The position numbers and the translations under genes were made by a program. Below are positions 25,460 to 39,879 of a DNA stretch of 64,000 bases, piece after piece. Position 1 is the stretch's first letter, and each line of letters begins with the position of its first letter. This stretch comes from Eledone cirrhosa (taxonomy: Eukaryota): assembly GCA_964016885.1 (NCBI GenBank), contig OZ024741.1:58094001-58158000 (forward strand). The letters run 5' to 3'. The notes below the pieces were generated by a model, which was given only the letters and a program-made list of their open reading frames with translations, did not search any database and was not told the DNA's origin.

Positions 25460-27060
25460 CCATCATCATCATCGTTTAACGTCCATTTTCCACGCTAGCA
25501 TGGGTTAGACGGGAGTTGTCCCAATTTGAGTCAAGGTTGGTCGGGTGACCGTGTCTCGCTCATATAGGACTATCTGGCAGGTTTTCTACCGCTGGATGCC
25601 CTTCCTAACACCAACCACATTTACAGTGTGGAACTGGGAACTTTTTACGTGTTACCTACACGGCCGCATTACAGCGTGGACTGTGTGTTTTTTGTTGTGA
25701 CACCTACACAATCTCGATCTCATTATCTCATTTATTTGGACTGGATGTTGTGGTACCAACTTTACAGAGAGAGGGTGGTGTTGGTGGGAGTGGGAGGATA
25801 GGGTAGGGGTAGTGGATTGTGGTGTATATTTGGTTAAGAGGTGCCTACTGACTGTAGGTTTCGCTTTGTACATAGGCAAGGCGGGTCTTCTGTATTACTG
25901 GTTGTCTCTTCCACTTTACTGTTCCACCACCAAGTTACTCTCCTCCTGCCAATAAGTCTGCTCCAGCCACTGACTTCATCCATTGCTTTCAGCAGGTTCA
26001 CTTTCAAGCATTGCCACTGTTCCTCTATATCACACGTCTCTAATTGCTCTTCCTTATTGTCAAAGGCATCAAGTAATAAGCTTTCAAATTTGTCACTGGC
26101 TATGGGGTCCTTCAACTTCCATATTCTTCTCCTCAAGGTAGGCCTCTTCTGTCGTCGAGGTCACTAACTGACTATGAGGTCACTAACTACTAGGCTATGT
26201 TGGGAGGTGCATTCTTCACGGGGGAGTGATTTAGTGTTTACAACAGACACTTTGTCCTGTCTTCTAGTAAGGATATAATCTATCTGGCTGGCGTGTTCCC
26301 CTGATCTATAGGTGATCAAGTGGTTTTCACATTTTTTGAAGTTTGTGTTACAGATAGTTAGGCTATTTGCTTCACAGAATTCCAGGATTCTGAAGCCCTC
26401 CTCATTTCTATTTCCAACCCCATAGCCTCCATGGATTCCATCAGAGCCATCACTATGTTGTCCAATGTGACCGTTTAGATCGCCAGCAATAATTAAGTAG
26501 TCGCTGTCGGTTATTTGGGAGGTAGTGTGCATTAGCATCTCATAGAACCTGTCCTTTATAACGTCAGGTAGACCAGATTGGAGTGCATAAGCGGATATTA
26601 TTGTCACAGTAGTTCTATTTAGAACTAGTCTTAATTTAATTATTCTGTCATTCACTCTATTTACGTCAATTACCTTATCTAACCATTTTTCAGCTAACAT
26701 AATTCCTACACCACCCTGTCCGTTGTCATTTCCAACCCAGAAAAGTTTATAGCATCGTTTTTTACCCATGATGAATCTGGCAGACACCCCCCCCCCCAAT
26801 CCACCTAGTCTCTTGAATACAACAAACATCAACTTCTTTACGTTCAAGCATCTCTACAACTTCATTTGAGAGACCTTTCAATGTGCCTACGTTCATGGTA
26901 CCAACTCTGAAGTTGGGAGGGTGGGATGGATGGGTTGGCGGGGCAGGGAGGGGTGTGGGAGACGGAATTTTGTTGGTCATCCATGTCTGAAATAAAGAGG
27001 GGTCCTTGTATTCTTGTCTTGCAGCGGGAGGTGAATTTATCTTTATCTGTGACATTGTCA
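25460..27060 (-). mobile_element. RTE family A, internally deleted (EN and linker joined to the 3'UTR, no RT)
   Basis: FRVGTMNVGTLKG..APE domain..TWWWNSKVEET is joined at about 25897 to the last codons and 3'UTR ending (ATG)n. Confidence 0.92.
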
Positions 27061-27304
27061 TTGAGTGCTTAAACTTTTCAAATTTCCGCAGTCAACCCAT
27101 CAAACAGGTCTAAACTTAAGGAGTAGTAACCGAGGTGGTAGCTTTGCTATACTGATTTGTTAGAGAACTTACTAAAGCCGCTGAATTATGATTGGACCAT
27201 ATAGCAATGGTGGTGAGTGGGGGCGGGCGGGAAATGGGTAACTTTAGGAGAAGGTTAGTTTTTAGGAAGGGTCCAACAGATTGAGACATATTAAAAACAT
27301 GTAA

Positions 27305-27493
27305 AATAATTGTTTCAACCTTTGGCACAAGGCCAGCAACTATCCCAGTACATTACTGGTACTTTATTTTATCGACCCCGTAAGGATGAAAGGCAAAGTT
27401 AACCTCGGCGGGATTTGAACTCAGACCATAAAGGGCCGTAACTCTTTGCTGCAAAGCATGGCGTCCAACCCTCTACCGATACTGCCAATCCAC
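27305..27493 (-). mobile_element. tRNA-derived SINE, family 1
   Basis: Reverse complement of the family 1 sequence. Confidence 0.9.
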
Positions 27494-28319
27494 CAAAATA
27501 ATAATTGAAAATCAGAGAGGAAAACGGAGAATTTGAATTTTAGACTGGCACAAATAAGAGTTTAAAACATTGCTTATTGAGAAGACTACGGATAAAAGAA
27601 AAGACAAGTATTGCTTACATTCTCAAAATCGACAGATCGCCCGTAAGATAGATTAGATAGAAAAATTCAATATAAAATAAACTGTGTCATAACTTAATCC
27701 AAAAATTATTATTATTATTATTATTCAGCTTGAGAGAGAGAGAGCAATGTTATGTAGTAAACATAGTTTATTAAAAAATAATATTTTGGGTTCTAAGACA
27801 ATGGAAGAGACTAATTTCAGCAAATGCAGATTTGGCAAAGACAATGAATTAACCTTGTTGTAGTCTTTTAATGGTAAAAATTCTTTCAATCAAAAGGAAT
27901 TAGGATGGAGGATATTTTAGGGATAAAAATAGACAAATTGGTTGAGAGTAAACAGGAGATAGAAGAAAATATTTCTGGTAGAATTAATTATATTGTATGG
28001 AAGAAATGATAAGAGAAGTAGCCAATCCTAAAAGGTAAAGTGTTTGACTTCAGACATATAGGAAACATGTTTTACTAATTCTTTGAATTGAATTGTTCCT
28101 GTCATTGATATATTCAAGTATCAAACTGTGTGGGAAAAGAATTTCAAATCCAGGGGAGAGTGGGATTGGATGGGAATTCAAACTGAAAAAGAATAGTGTA
28201 CAATGTGTATATGTCAGATAAATTACTAGAAGGGCTAGTGCTAATTAACAGTTCACCAACACTTAATAACAAAATAAAATATATAGCAGATTGTGATAGT
28301 TGTCAATACTAGATGGACT

Positions 28320-28920
28320 TAACTTATAGAGAGGCAGTAGATAAATTAGAATTAAAGATTAAGATAGTAAAAAAGCCAGGAATTTCCATAAAAGCCATCA
28401 TCAACAGAAGTACCCTTTTCAGAAAAGCCACTGTATGGATAGAAATTGAACAGTCTGTAAAGTAATCCCACAGATAAACTGTAAAACTAGAACTGTAGTT
28501 TATAGCATAAGATGCACAGAAGGACAATGTAGAAATAGGACCACAACATATATAGGTGAGATGGTTCACAATATAGCATAAATGATGAAGGAGCATTGGC
28601 GAGAACTCCAAGACGAGAAAGACTCATCAGAACTCTACCAACATCCTAAGCTCACTAGAAAACATTGATATAAAAATTATATCTACACACAGAACAGATG
28701 CAATGCTCAGAGCAATTACAGAGGGGACACATAACTGAATGTAGGCTGAAACTCAATAGAAAATATGAATGGAATAACAACACTGGAACCTAGCGATTGA
28801 TGACAATACAATGATACACAAGAACAAATATACAAAGATACACAGATGGACGACTAATGCCAAAACACATAGAATACAAAAAATAGAATAGCAACTAACT
28901 AGTGATAGATGAGATAAAAG

Positions 28921-28953
<33 letters not shown>

Positions 28954-29090
28954 ACCACTTATAGGGGCAAAAAGATAAAGACGCACATACCAAAATACAG
29001 AAATCCTAGAACAGCACACACACACACACACAGACACACGCACAGATCAGACAAGATGGAACAGACAAAAAAGAAATCAAGACACCTGGC
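28320..29090 (+). mobile_element. Decayed Penelope-like element, same family as 19914-20720
   Basis: DNA matches such as AACTGTAAAACTAGAACTGTAGTTTATAGCATAAGATGCACAGAAGGACAATGTAGAAA, ATAGGTGAGA and AATAGAAAATATGAATGGAA. Bases 27770-28280 may be decayed RT (tentative). Confidence 0.85.
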
Positions 29091-29959
29091 CAACAACCAG
29101 AGGGAAGCTGACTTCCAGGTCACAATTCTCGTCATAGAGGTTTGAGCCTGGGGTTTTGTAGGTAAATCTGCTCATGAAACAACTTTCAGTCCCTGGGAAG
29201 ACTTGGACCAAAACCTAAAAGCAATATCAGAGGTAGCAGAAAGGAGTTCCAGTTGGATCTGGTCAAGGAGGCACAAAAATGACTTCCATACTGTTTGAGG
29301 GCAGTGTGTTTGTATTTTAGCTCATGCTAAATAAAGTAACTTTGAATGAGTCATGGTTGTAGTGTTGTTGTCAGTGGTGGTGATGCAGTTGACATCTCAC
29401 CACTACCATGGTTATCAACGTAATTTTTCTAAACTCAAGAAATGTTAAAATATAAGTCTGAAAGCAGAGGTGACAGAAGGGAATTCCAGTTAGATCCTGT
29501 CAGCAAAATCTCCACCAAACGGTTTAAATACAAATGTCTCCAATATCCAAATGGCTAAATGTCAGCTGAAGGGCATCCAGGAGCCATAACCTAAATGTGG
29601 CCCAGCCCCCTTATAGTGTTAAGGGCCAAAACAACTTGCTTGAGAGTTTCTTACCACCACCTCACTGATTTAGAAACACCTGTCATGATAATGCCCAGAA
29701 CTCCTTCACAGAACTCATGATCTTACATTAATACATCAAAGTCTTGTATCTTATCCATTATTTTGGCCAAGCTGAACAAGTTCTAAAGTAGGATATAATA
29801 TGAAAGGAGTAGAATCAACCAACACAGTTCTGGAGGCAATGACTTGATCTGGATGATTAATTAATCATGAAGTCTACATTTTCGAAAATAACTAAGTACA
29901 AATACCACTGAGCTATATATTTGGTAATGTGATACACGGTTCATCACCAATCATTATTA

Positions 29960-30182
29960 CGGGCAGTGGATTGGCAGCATCAGTAGAGTGTCGAATACTA
30001 TGCTTTATGGCAAAGGGTTATAGCCATTTACACACTGAGTTCAAATCCTGCCATTGTTAGCTTTGCCTTTCAGCCATACGGAAACAATAAATAAAGCACC
30101 AGTAATACACTGGGGTTGATTTAATTGACTTTCACCTTCCCTTCAAATTGCTGGCCTTGTGTCAAAAGTAAAAACAATTATT
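29960..30182 (+). mobile_element. tRNA-derived SINE, family 1
   Basis: GTGGATTGGCAGCATCAGTAGAG..GAGTTCAAATCC..GCTGGCCTTGTGTCAAAAGTA. Confidence 0.85.
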
Positions 30183-30199
30183 ACTACTACAAGAGACAT

Positions 30200-30480
30200 G
30201 CTTGTTGTTCATGCATGTGAGAAGTGACTGGATATATGAGGAATCAAATGCAGTGCAAGAGAGTAGACTGTGCTGGTATGAATGTGTGAGGCATATGGAT
30301 GATGATTGTTAGGTGAAGAAGTGCCAGGAGGTCCCAGTAGAAGTAGAGGAAGGCTAAGGGAGTCTTGGGCAGAAGTGGTGTGAGCTGATCCCAAAATGCT
30401 GAACTTCACAGATGACAAAGGAAAGCAACAATGAAAGGATGTTGTGCAACCATAGAAAAGCAGATGAGAAAAGGATGATG
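30200..30480 (+). mobile_element. Decayed RTE family A 3' fragment
   Basis: AGAGAGTAGACTGTGCTGGTATG..GTGAAGAAGTGCC..CTTGGGCAGAAGTGGTG..GATGATG matches the reverse complement of 4610-4880. Confidence 0.7.
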
Positions 30481-30614
30481 AAATATGTGTGTGTGTGTAA
30501 TTGTGTATGTGTGAGTGTGTGTATACATACACACAAATGCACACATCTGTGTGTGTATGCTTATGCAAATATAAACATGATTGTTTCTGTAAATATATGC
30601 ATATATGAATATAT

Positions 30615-30616
<2 letters not shown>

Positions 30617-30688
<72 letters not shown>

Positions 30689-30710
30689 CGTGTGTGTGTG
30701 TGCATGTGTG
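30617..30710. repeat. (TG)n(CG)n microsatellite
   Basis: Direct reading. Confidence 0.95.
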
Positions 30711-32064
30711 CTAACCTTTAATACTGTTTGGCTGAATTCTCATAAACTGCTTTTTATTTGTCCATCTATTCCTGTCTACACATGTACACACTGAGTATAA
30801 GAAATCTTGCTTGTTCAAAACCTTGTCCAACTGGAGTGTATTTTTGTTCTTTGTTATTTATTTGTTTATTTGTTGTTGTTTTTTTTGTTACTTGTCTTGT
30901 AACTACTATTTCTGACACTATTTATCAATGACAGAGTTACTGATTCCTGCTTCTAGGAAGTAACTTGATCCATTCTTGTTCACTAGAAGAAGGTAAAAAG
31001 ACAAAATGTTCTTTCCTTGTTAATATTACTGGTGATGATTCTGTAGATATTTCCATCTTAGTCTTCAAATAAAAGATGTCAAAAGGAGAGAAAACAAAAC
31101 GAAATGGAAACTAGTTTACAACTATATTTCTTCTTCTTCCTCCTCTTCTTCTGTCATCACTTCTTCTTCTTCCTTCTCCTGTTTTCTTCATCTTCTCCTC
31201 CTCCTTTTTTGTCTCTTCTGCAACAACCTGTTAACTATTTCTGTGAAAACAGATGAGGTTCTGTGTTAAAACAGATGTTTGCCTTTGGACAATGGAAAAA
31301 AAATGTGGGTGACTTCTAATTGGAAAGGATTTTAATAGGTTATTTGTAAAACGCCAAAAGCTTTTTCAAACAAAGACAAATAATATCACAAACACCATTA
31401 CAAACAAACCAAATAACACAACTGAAATGGTTTCTTTCTTGACACATGTTCATTGTTTAATGTTTTCTATTCTAACATGATGTTTTGTGCCTCACAAAAA
31501 TAAACTGAATTAAAGTTTGTCTTCTTTTTTGGTAAGATTTTTTCTGTATTTTTTTTTTTTTTTTTGCTAGGGTGTTTTTTTTAAATATATTTGTGCCAAT
31601 AGGTTTTATTTATTTATTCTTGTTTTGTTGTTCATGGCAAACATATCTTTCAGAAAATAATTTTCTCCCCATCCCACTTTAGAAGCAATAATATTTGTAC
31701 TCTAAACTCTCTCCCGCTTATTTTCATTCATTAATTAAAATCATTTTTCAAATTTTGTATAGATTTTATTATTTCATTTCAGCTTCTTTTTTTTTTTTAG
31801 GTTAAAACAATGTTTTGTTGTTTTTCGTTTTATCAGAACTTCTTCCAGATCAAACAACAAAACAAGGCACACACTGCTTGTTTATGCTGTCAGCATGTTT
31901 TATTTTGAAGAAAACAACTCATATGTATTATTCTGGGTGATAATTAAAATCTTGTATCAATTGTTATCTCTACCCTATGCTGTAGGCACAGACATGATAG
32001 AGTAGTTATGGATTTTGATTCAAAATCATATGGATTTGGGTTCAATCCCACTATATGGCATCCT

Positions 32065-32560
32065 GTTGCTGAAAATATGATATCCAGAGCAAGAACAGTC
32101 TGGGAGAAGTTTAGGGAGTTGGTTCCTCTACTGACAACAAAGAACTTCTCCCTCAGAAAGAAGGGGAGACTGTATGATGCCTGTATGTGAACTATAATAA
32201 CACAAGGCTTTGAGACATGAGAAGGCTAGAAATAAATAAAGTGAATATGCTCAGATGGATGTATAATGTTGGTATGCTTAATGATGGAGCATAAGTGAGC
32301 TGAGAGAAAAATTCGGCATATGAGGAATTGGATACAGTGTGGCATGAACATGGTATAAACATGTGGTGTACGGAAAATGACAGCTGTATAATGAGATGCA
32401 GAGAAATCTTGGTGGATGGAACTCATGGAAGAGGCAAACCTTGGAAAACATGGGATAAAGTAGTAAGGGTCAACTTTAAACTGAAACTCACAACAGGGAT
32501 GCCCAAAGACTGTAAGAGGTGGCACTAAGCTGTGCTGATGAAGACTCATCTATCACTGTA
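32065..32560 (+). mobile_element. Decayed RTE family A 3' fragment
   Basis: [34 protein letters not shown] and DGTHGRGKPWKTWDKVV. Confidence 0.85.
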
Positions 32561-33455
32561 GAACCTAATCTATACCCCCCCCCCATGTATCGCCCCACCT
32601 CCTACTATTCATATTCATTAACTGTGATGACATATCCAAACATTACGAACAGGGAAAACAGACTTTAAACCATGAGGCTTGGTGTGTATCATCTTCATTG
32701 TTTAACGTCCACTTTCCACACTAGCATGGGTTAGACGGATTGTCCCATTTGAGACAAGTTGGGTCAGGTGACCGTGTCTTGCTCATATTTCTATATGTTT
32801 CTGGCTATATTATATATATATATATATATAATCTCTGTGTGTGTGTGTGTGTATGTCTACATATGTATATATATATATACATAATCAAAATATATGGAGG
32901 AGAAAGTGAGACATTATATATATATATATATATATATAAACGTATATAAATATATGTGACACATATATAGGCACACACAACAGGCTTCTGTCTACCAACT
33001 TTCACAAACCGAAGCAATAAAAAAAGACACTTGTCGAAGGTGTCACGCTGCATGAGTGAACCTATATCCACATGCTTGTAAAGTGAAAGCTTTAACCACA
33101 CAACCGTATCTGCATAGGAAACTAAACTCTAAGTGTGTGTGTGTGTGTGACTGCAAGAGATTATTTATTTATGACAAAGTTATTCAATATTTGCATCACA
33201 ACCTTCAATGTTTTATCCAATAATAATTTGTCAATGAAACAACTTCAGTTTCTGGTATTTGCTTTAGAAATTTCAGTTCTAACTTTATATCACCATCCAG
33301 TCTACATAACTCCCTGACATGTAAAGAAACTCACCTAAACAAACAACAATTTCAATATTCTTTTCCTTATTACTTCACACTTTTTGTTGTTTCATATGCA
33401 TGTAGGTGGTGGTCATCATCATGATGTTTATTATTATTATTATCATTATTATTAG

Positions 33456-33890
33456 AGGGTGGTGGATTGGCAGTATCAGTAGAGTGTCAGACACCATGCT
33501 TTGCAGCATAGAGTTATGACCCTTGACATTCTGAGTTCAAATCTGAGGTTAGCTTTGCCTTTCAACCTTACAGGGGTCAATAAAATAAAACACCAGTAAT
33601 GCACTGGGCTCGGGTTAATCAACTTTCCCCATCCCCCAAAATTGCTGGCCTTGTGCCTATAGTAGAAATCATTATTATTGGACTGGCAGAATCATGAGAG
33701 CATCAGATAAAATACTTTGCAGTGTTTGCTTTGGATGTTTTTCTGAGTTCAAATCCCACCAATGTCAACTTTGTCTTTTATCCTTCAGAGGGTCAATAAA
33801 ATAAAGTACAAGTCACATTCTGGGGTCAATGTAATCGACTTTCCATTCTCCGAGAATTGTTGGCTGAGTGTCTATATTAGAAACAATGAT
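33456..33890 (+). mobile_element. Two head-to-tail family 1 SINEs
   Basis: Two GAGTTCAAATC B boxes (about 33533 and 33745), each with core and tail. Confidence 0.85.
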
Positions 33891-33939
33891 TATTATAATT
33901 ATTTTCAAAATTGCTAGTATTATTTTGACAACCTCTACT

Positions 33940-35345
33940 GAAAACAGAAATCTGTGCTTGGGCCTCCAGATAGACAAGAAACCAGGTAGCCAATCTCACT
34001 CAGAAATGGGTAAAGAGAAAGATCTCCCTCAAAGGTCAGACAGAGATGGCACACTGTTTTGGTGGTATATTACCACTTGACCATTGAACCATTCCCCCTA
34101 AAACACCTGACCAAATTGGAATGCATGCTCTTCCAATTTCTGTGAAAGGGGTAAATCCCATTGCTCAGAATCCATTTGCTACCAACATCCACCCCACTGT
34201 GGCCTCAGGATGCCATCACTATTGTTGCACAGACACGTATTGTGGCTGATGCACCTGTAGAGTTACCTCAAGGACCATAATGATGATAATGAAAGTGAAG
34301 CCCAACCAATGTGGGAGCCCTTTGTACGATACATCTTTCTGCAGCTCATCTCATTGACTGAGCTTCAATCCTGCATCAAGTGCAGACTCAGGTTAAGCGA
34401 CTGACATCTAGAATACAGCCAGGTTCTCATGGCACTTTACCAAGTGAAGAACATGATAGGCAGCCAAAAACAAATGTCTGCTTTCAATAGAGAGTTAGTC
34501 GAAGGTATGAGCAATGATGGTCTGGGATCAGCTCTGGGTGCCAACAAGGACAGTCTGAAGAGACTCTTCTGGAGGACTTCCAGGTCAGGGATTATGGACT
34601 GGCATGCCAGTGCTACAGTGAGACACTACCAATTCAAGACACTATTCAAGCATGGAAGAGCTAACAGCCAGACCTGTCAAAGATGCACACAGAGCAATGA
34701 AACCATCCTGCATGTCACTGCTCAGTGCTCATGCACTGCAGAATTGTGGGCTTGTGTCCAGCAACTGCTATTTCGTGTAAGACAGATCTGGATTTTAGCC
34801 AAATCTATAGTGAAAAATACCACCTTCTTTTAGAAAGTTTGGTAGCTATAGCAAAGGAACCTGTATGCTGGACTCACCTAAAACGATTGACAACAGGAAT
34901 CTTCCACTCCAGCCAATCCCTAATTAACTTTTACAAATTTCACTTGAGGAGGATGAGGGTAGAGAGGGAGGATGTTGTTTTCTAGTGTGCTTTATGAAAG
35001 ATGGGCGAGAGCAGCGAGATTGAGGAGGAGGAAGGAAACCGGGAGGGCACTTTCCATGTTAGTGAGGCAACTGAGTAAGCCAGGGTTTTGTGTGGGGTTC
35101 TCCCTGGAATTACTCTAAAATGCAGTTCCCTCCCCAATTGGGGAACTGGTCACAGTTGACTTTCATTAGTTATTTACATTTATTACAGATTCCATTATTG
35201 TTATCCCTATTTTCTTCTCTTTAGAGATGTCACCTTTCCTTCACTCAATGTAAACCCCAATCAGTTCTTTACTTTTGTCCTTGTATTGTCCCCAATGTCT
35301 TGGGACCTTGCAGCCAATAAAAGAAATGATCATTATCATCATCTT
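33940..35345 (+). mobile_element. Decayed L1/Tx1-like LINE, 3' part
   Basis: CCHC knuckle TCQRCTQSNETILHVTAQC..LW, LVAIAKEPVCWT, and AATAAA before the tail. Confidence 0.75.
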
Positions 35346-35348
35346 CAA

Positions 35349-36032
35349 GGGCGGTGGATTGGCAGTATCTGTAGAGAGTCGGACACCATGTTTTGCAGCA
35401 CTGTTACGTCCCTTTACGGACTGAGTTCAAATCCCGCCAAGGTTAACTTTGCCTTTCATCCTTACAGGGTCTATAAAATAAAGTACCAGTAATACACTGG
35501 GATAATTGCTGGCCTTGTGCCAAAAGTAGAAACAATTATCATCATCTTCATGGTTTCAATTTATTTCTATTATTATTATTATTATTACTACTACTACTAG
35601 AATTATAGCCTTGTGTAGGACAACATGATTTGTGGCATATAGTTACATCCCTTTATGTTCTGAGTTGAAATCATGCCGGGGTTAGTTTTGTCGTTCATTG
35701 CTACAGAGGCAATAAAAAAAACAGTACCAGTAATGCACTAGGATGGAACTAATCAATTATCTCAATTGCATCAGATTGCTGGCTTTGTGCCAAATCTAGA
35801 AACAATTATTGTTATTACTTCTACTAAGAGTGGTGGATTGGCAGTATCGGTAGAGCATAGGACATCTTGCTGTATGGCTCTTTACATTCTCAGTTCAAAT
35901 CCTGCCAAGGTTAACATTGCCTTTCATTCTCTTGGGGTTGATAAAAATCAAGCAGCTGGGGTCGATTTGATCGACTTTTAAGTCTCCTTCCCTTCAAATT
36001 GATGTCCTTGTACCAAAAGTAGAAACAATTAT
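35349..36032 (+). mobile_element. Three head-to-tail family 1 SINEs
   Basis: Copies at about 35349-35538, 35600-35810 and 35828-36032. Confidence 0.85.
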
Positions 36033-37868
36033 TACTACTATGAGAGACAGGCTTCTTGTTGTTGGTGCTGTTGTTGTCCTCATTGCTTTTTATTTATTCT
36101 TCAGCAGTGATCAACATCAACAAGAAGAAAGACAAACATTTCTTTATGAAATTTTAGCTGCTTCGCTTATCGTGTCTCTTCAGTATGAATGGCTTGTCTA
36201 TTTTTAGTTTTTGAAAAGTTATACATTGAATTTAACAACAACAACAGCATCAATAATAATAATAATAATAAAGAATATAGAGAGATTGATTGAGATATAC
36301 CAAATTGATGTGTTAAACTGAATGAAAATTTTCTGAAAATTTAGGGAAAAAAGAAAAGAAAAATTTTAATGAAAATTTTTTTTCAAAATTAAAATAAAAT
36401 TCCAGATAAAGAAAAATATAATTTGAAAATAATAAATAAATATATAAATAAATTTTGAATAAAAAAAATGTTTTCTAGCATTTTTCTTTTATTTATTATC
36501 ATTTTAATTTATTCATTAAAATGATGTTAGACTCATACATCACAAGTTAATACATGCAAATAAACAGCACAAGTAAAATAGAAGGATTTGTAGTTGAGGT
36601 AATTTTCAGCCATGTTTTGAAAGGACATATTAAATGGCTAAAAGACAATAAATATGTGTGGGTGTGTGTTTGTGTTTGTGTACATAGTGTGAGCATGCAT
36701 TTTATAGAAAAAAAGAAACCTTTAAAAACAAAAGCACAAATCCATAAATCCCATCTGCAAGGAGAGACTTAAACAATATTAAAAATAGTGTAATAACAAT
36801 GTCATGTTATATTTCAATATTAGTTATATAAATTGTTGCACATGTGAAGATATATGGCTTAGTGGTTAGGATGTCTGGTTCGTAATCATCAGTTTCATTC
36901 CTGGTGGCATGTTGGGCTCTTGAACAAGCATTCATATTGTTCCAGTCTACTCAGCAGGTAGAAATGAATGAGTCTACAGTCATCTACCTTGAGAGACAAA
37001 TTGTGTGTGTGAGCGTGTGTGTCTGGGTGAGCATGTTCATGTGTGTGTGTGTATAAGTGTGCTTGTGCATGTGGGAGTCAAGAATGCCACAGTGCATCAG
37101 TAGTGTTAGCTGACACATACAAAATAGAATATTATGTCAACATGGAGGTGTAATTTATCGCCAGATGCTCATTGCAACAGTGGCTGAAACAGTGTTGCTG
37201 AATTTAGTGAGAGGAGTGGGTGGCCAATGATGTGGTTATGGCATCAAATAATTAGATCAGATCTTAGAGCATGTTAGGTTTGACAGTTGAAATGGAGAAG
37301 GCTGAGACAGGATAGATGTGATTGAAAATAAACAGTTGCCCAAATGTGTTCATCACATGTCACAAGCAATACATTAAAAAAAAAAAACAATTATCACCAT
37401 CATCTTCATCATCAATATTATCATCACTATCATCATCATCATAGATATCACCACAATCATCATCATCATCATCGTTATCACATTCAAACATGATTTCTAT
37501 GTTATTTAGTTGGGTATTTTCTGTATATAAGGCAACAATTTGTTTGTGTGCATAAGTGTATGTATTTATATAATATCAATATTACACAACATTATATTGG
37601 CTACTGTCTGGTTTCATAGTTGAACAGATCATTTTATTTGAGATATTACCATATCTGTATTTCACACATATATGTGAATATAAATGTGACCTCCATCCCA
37701 AGGTATTAGTCAAATTGAAATTATCGTAAAAGACACTTGTTCAAGGTACAACATATGATTGAACTCAGAACCACATACATAAATGTGAAATGAACTTCTT
37801 ATCCATGCCTGGACTTAGCTATCACTATGGATTATTCCTTCTGTTGTGTTTCAGTCCAGTAAAGTTTT

Positions 37869-38065
37869 TAACTCTTTTGTTACTGTATTTCTAATAATAT
37901 ATACTCTATTTCAATTTTAATGAAGAATTTTGAAGGATATACTAAAATTATTAATCATTTCATTACTAAGAGTAACATAAGATATTGTTCTTATATAAAA
38001 TTATGTAGGAAGATTTTGATTTTTTAAAATATGGATTTCACTGAGTTAGCATCAAAAAGGTTAAA
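37869..38065. mobile_element. TTAA-flanked MITE
   Basis: TTAACTCTTTTGTTACT...AGCATCAAAAAGGTTAA. Related ends at 46740, 47042, 50840, 51870 and 55289. Confidence 0.5.
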
Positions 38066-39879
38066 TTTCACTACCACATTTATAATGAAATACACTGAAC
38101 TGTAATTAATTTATGAAAAATTTGGAGGGATTGTTAATTATCTGATTAACAATACAGAATGTGTAACAACTTTTTAAAAATGTTCTCATAAAAGGTTTTG
38201 TTAGAATGTTTTAATTTAAATAGGAAGAGAGTCCCCTTCAGTCACAAGTGACCATGAGGTTGCATCTGGAATGTACCTTTCCAAGGTGCAAGACTGGGTA
38301 GGATATTTGTAGAAAACTAGCAGTAGCTTGTGAATGCTAGTTGTCATTCTCCACGGAAAAGACAAAATCCAATACAGTTTGTCAGCAGTCATTGCAACAC
38401 ACTTTTTCCAGCTGAGTGGTTGCTTTTGTTTCACAGAATCAGAGCCAGTTTTGACCAAACTAGTATCAAAAAGGTTAAACAGAATATGAGAAATTTAGCA
38501 GAAAAAAAAAGAAAGAATTCCTTTTTGCCCTAGAAATATTTAGTGTATGAGTGCAGTTAAATGAAAGCTTGCAGAAAAAATAGGAATGTAACAGAAAGCA
38601 AACCTATACAGTGGGATTGAACCTGAAACCACATTCTGGTGAGGCAACCTTCTTAACCACACAGCTATGCTTGGACTCGCCTATCACTATGAATTGTTTT
38701 TTAAACAAAAGAAAAAGTTATTAACGATTCCGAATGCAGCCACACAACCAGACACACATACATACATACATGCACACACACATACATACACACACACATA
38801 TATATACTTCACAAGTTGTTGCTGCTATATAGTCCAACAGAAAAAAGAAAAAGAAACATTTTTATTTCTTTATTTTCTCACTTTAGAATAGTAGTTTCGA
38901 AACTTTTCACAACAATTAAGAATCACTTTTGAGAGCATATTTCTAATAGAAGATACTGCCTGTGATTTTAAATTAGTTTTGTAAATAAGCTAGCATTCAG
39001 AAGGATTTAGTAGTATAACTTTCTGGTTTTTAAGCTGGCGTTTGGAGCATAACTTAACAAAAGTTCTTACATAAATTTATGATGTAAGATTTTTTGATAA
39101 ATATAAAGCAAAAATCACCCACTCCACACTGTAAAGTGGTTGTATAGGCATCACAACAAAAAGCACCCAGTACTCACTGCAAATGAGGTTTGCACTAGGA
39201 AGGGCATCCAACTGTAGAAACCAAGCCAAAGTCAGTTCTGTATGAGCAAGATATGGTCACCTGACCTGGAATTGCTCACAACAGGATAACTCATCGAACC
39301 CATACCAGTGTGGAAACATGGATGTGAAATAGTGATGATCATGATGATTTTAAAACAGTTTTGTATCATAGAACCTGGATTCAGGCAGTTTGGTATCAAA
39401 ATGATTAATTGATTTTTCTCATGGACACTTCACTACAATTAATCCCTTCCCATTCTGTTATACAGCAAGTATAACTAAGAGAAATGTTTTTACTTAGAAA
39501 AAAATAAATACCCAGTAGCATATGTATATTATGTTTTTATGAAACTACTTTAAATTTTGAATTTAGCTCATGGACTGCCTGTACTAACCTTACAAACCCC
39601 AGATTGGGAATCTCTATACTTGAACTTCCTAACCCCAGTGTCATGCATGTATCTATTATTAAAAGAATGACTGACACTGTCTTAAACACAAATAACTTGA
39701 ATTCCCCAGTAGACTCGCAGAGCACTATAAAAGGAGAAAGTTCAGGGGAATATTTAGTGAGGTGAATTGTTCGGGGGGTTCAAGAATCTAACATTTCAGC
39801 TTTGGGGTTTTGCCTGACAGAGGACAGTATACATATCCACAATATACATATATAAATATTATATATATATATTTATATA

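Noticed and set aside
29100-29760. GC-richer stretch with a duplicated GAGGT..CAGAA.GGA.TTCCAGTT.GATC word
   Set aside because: No coding or terminal signature could be assigned. Probably an old repeat.
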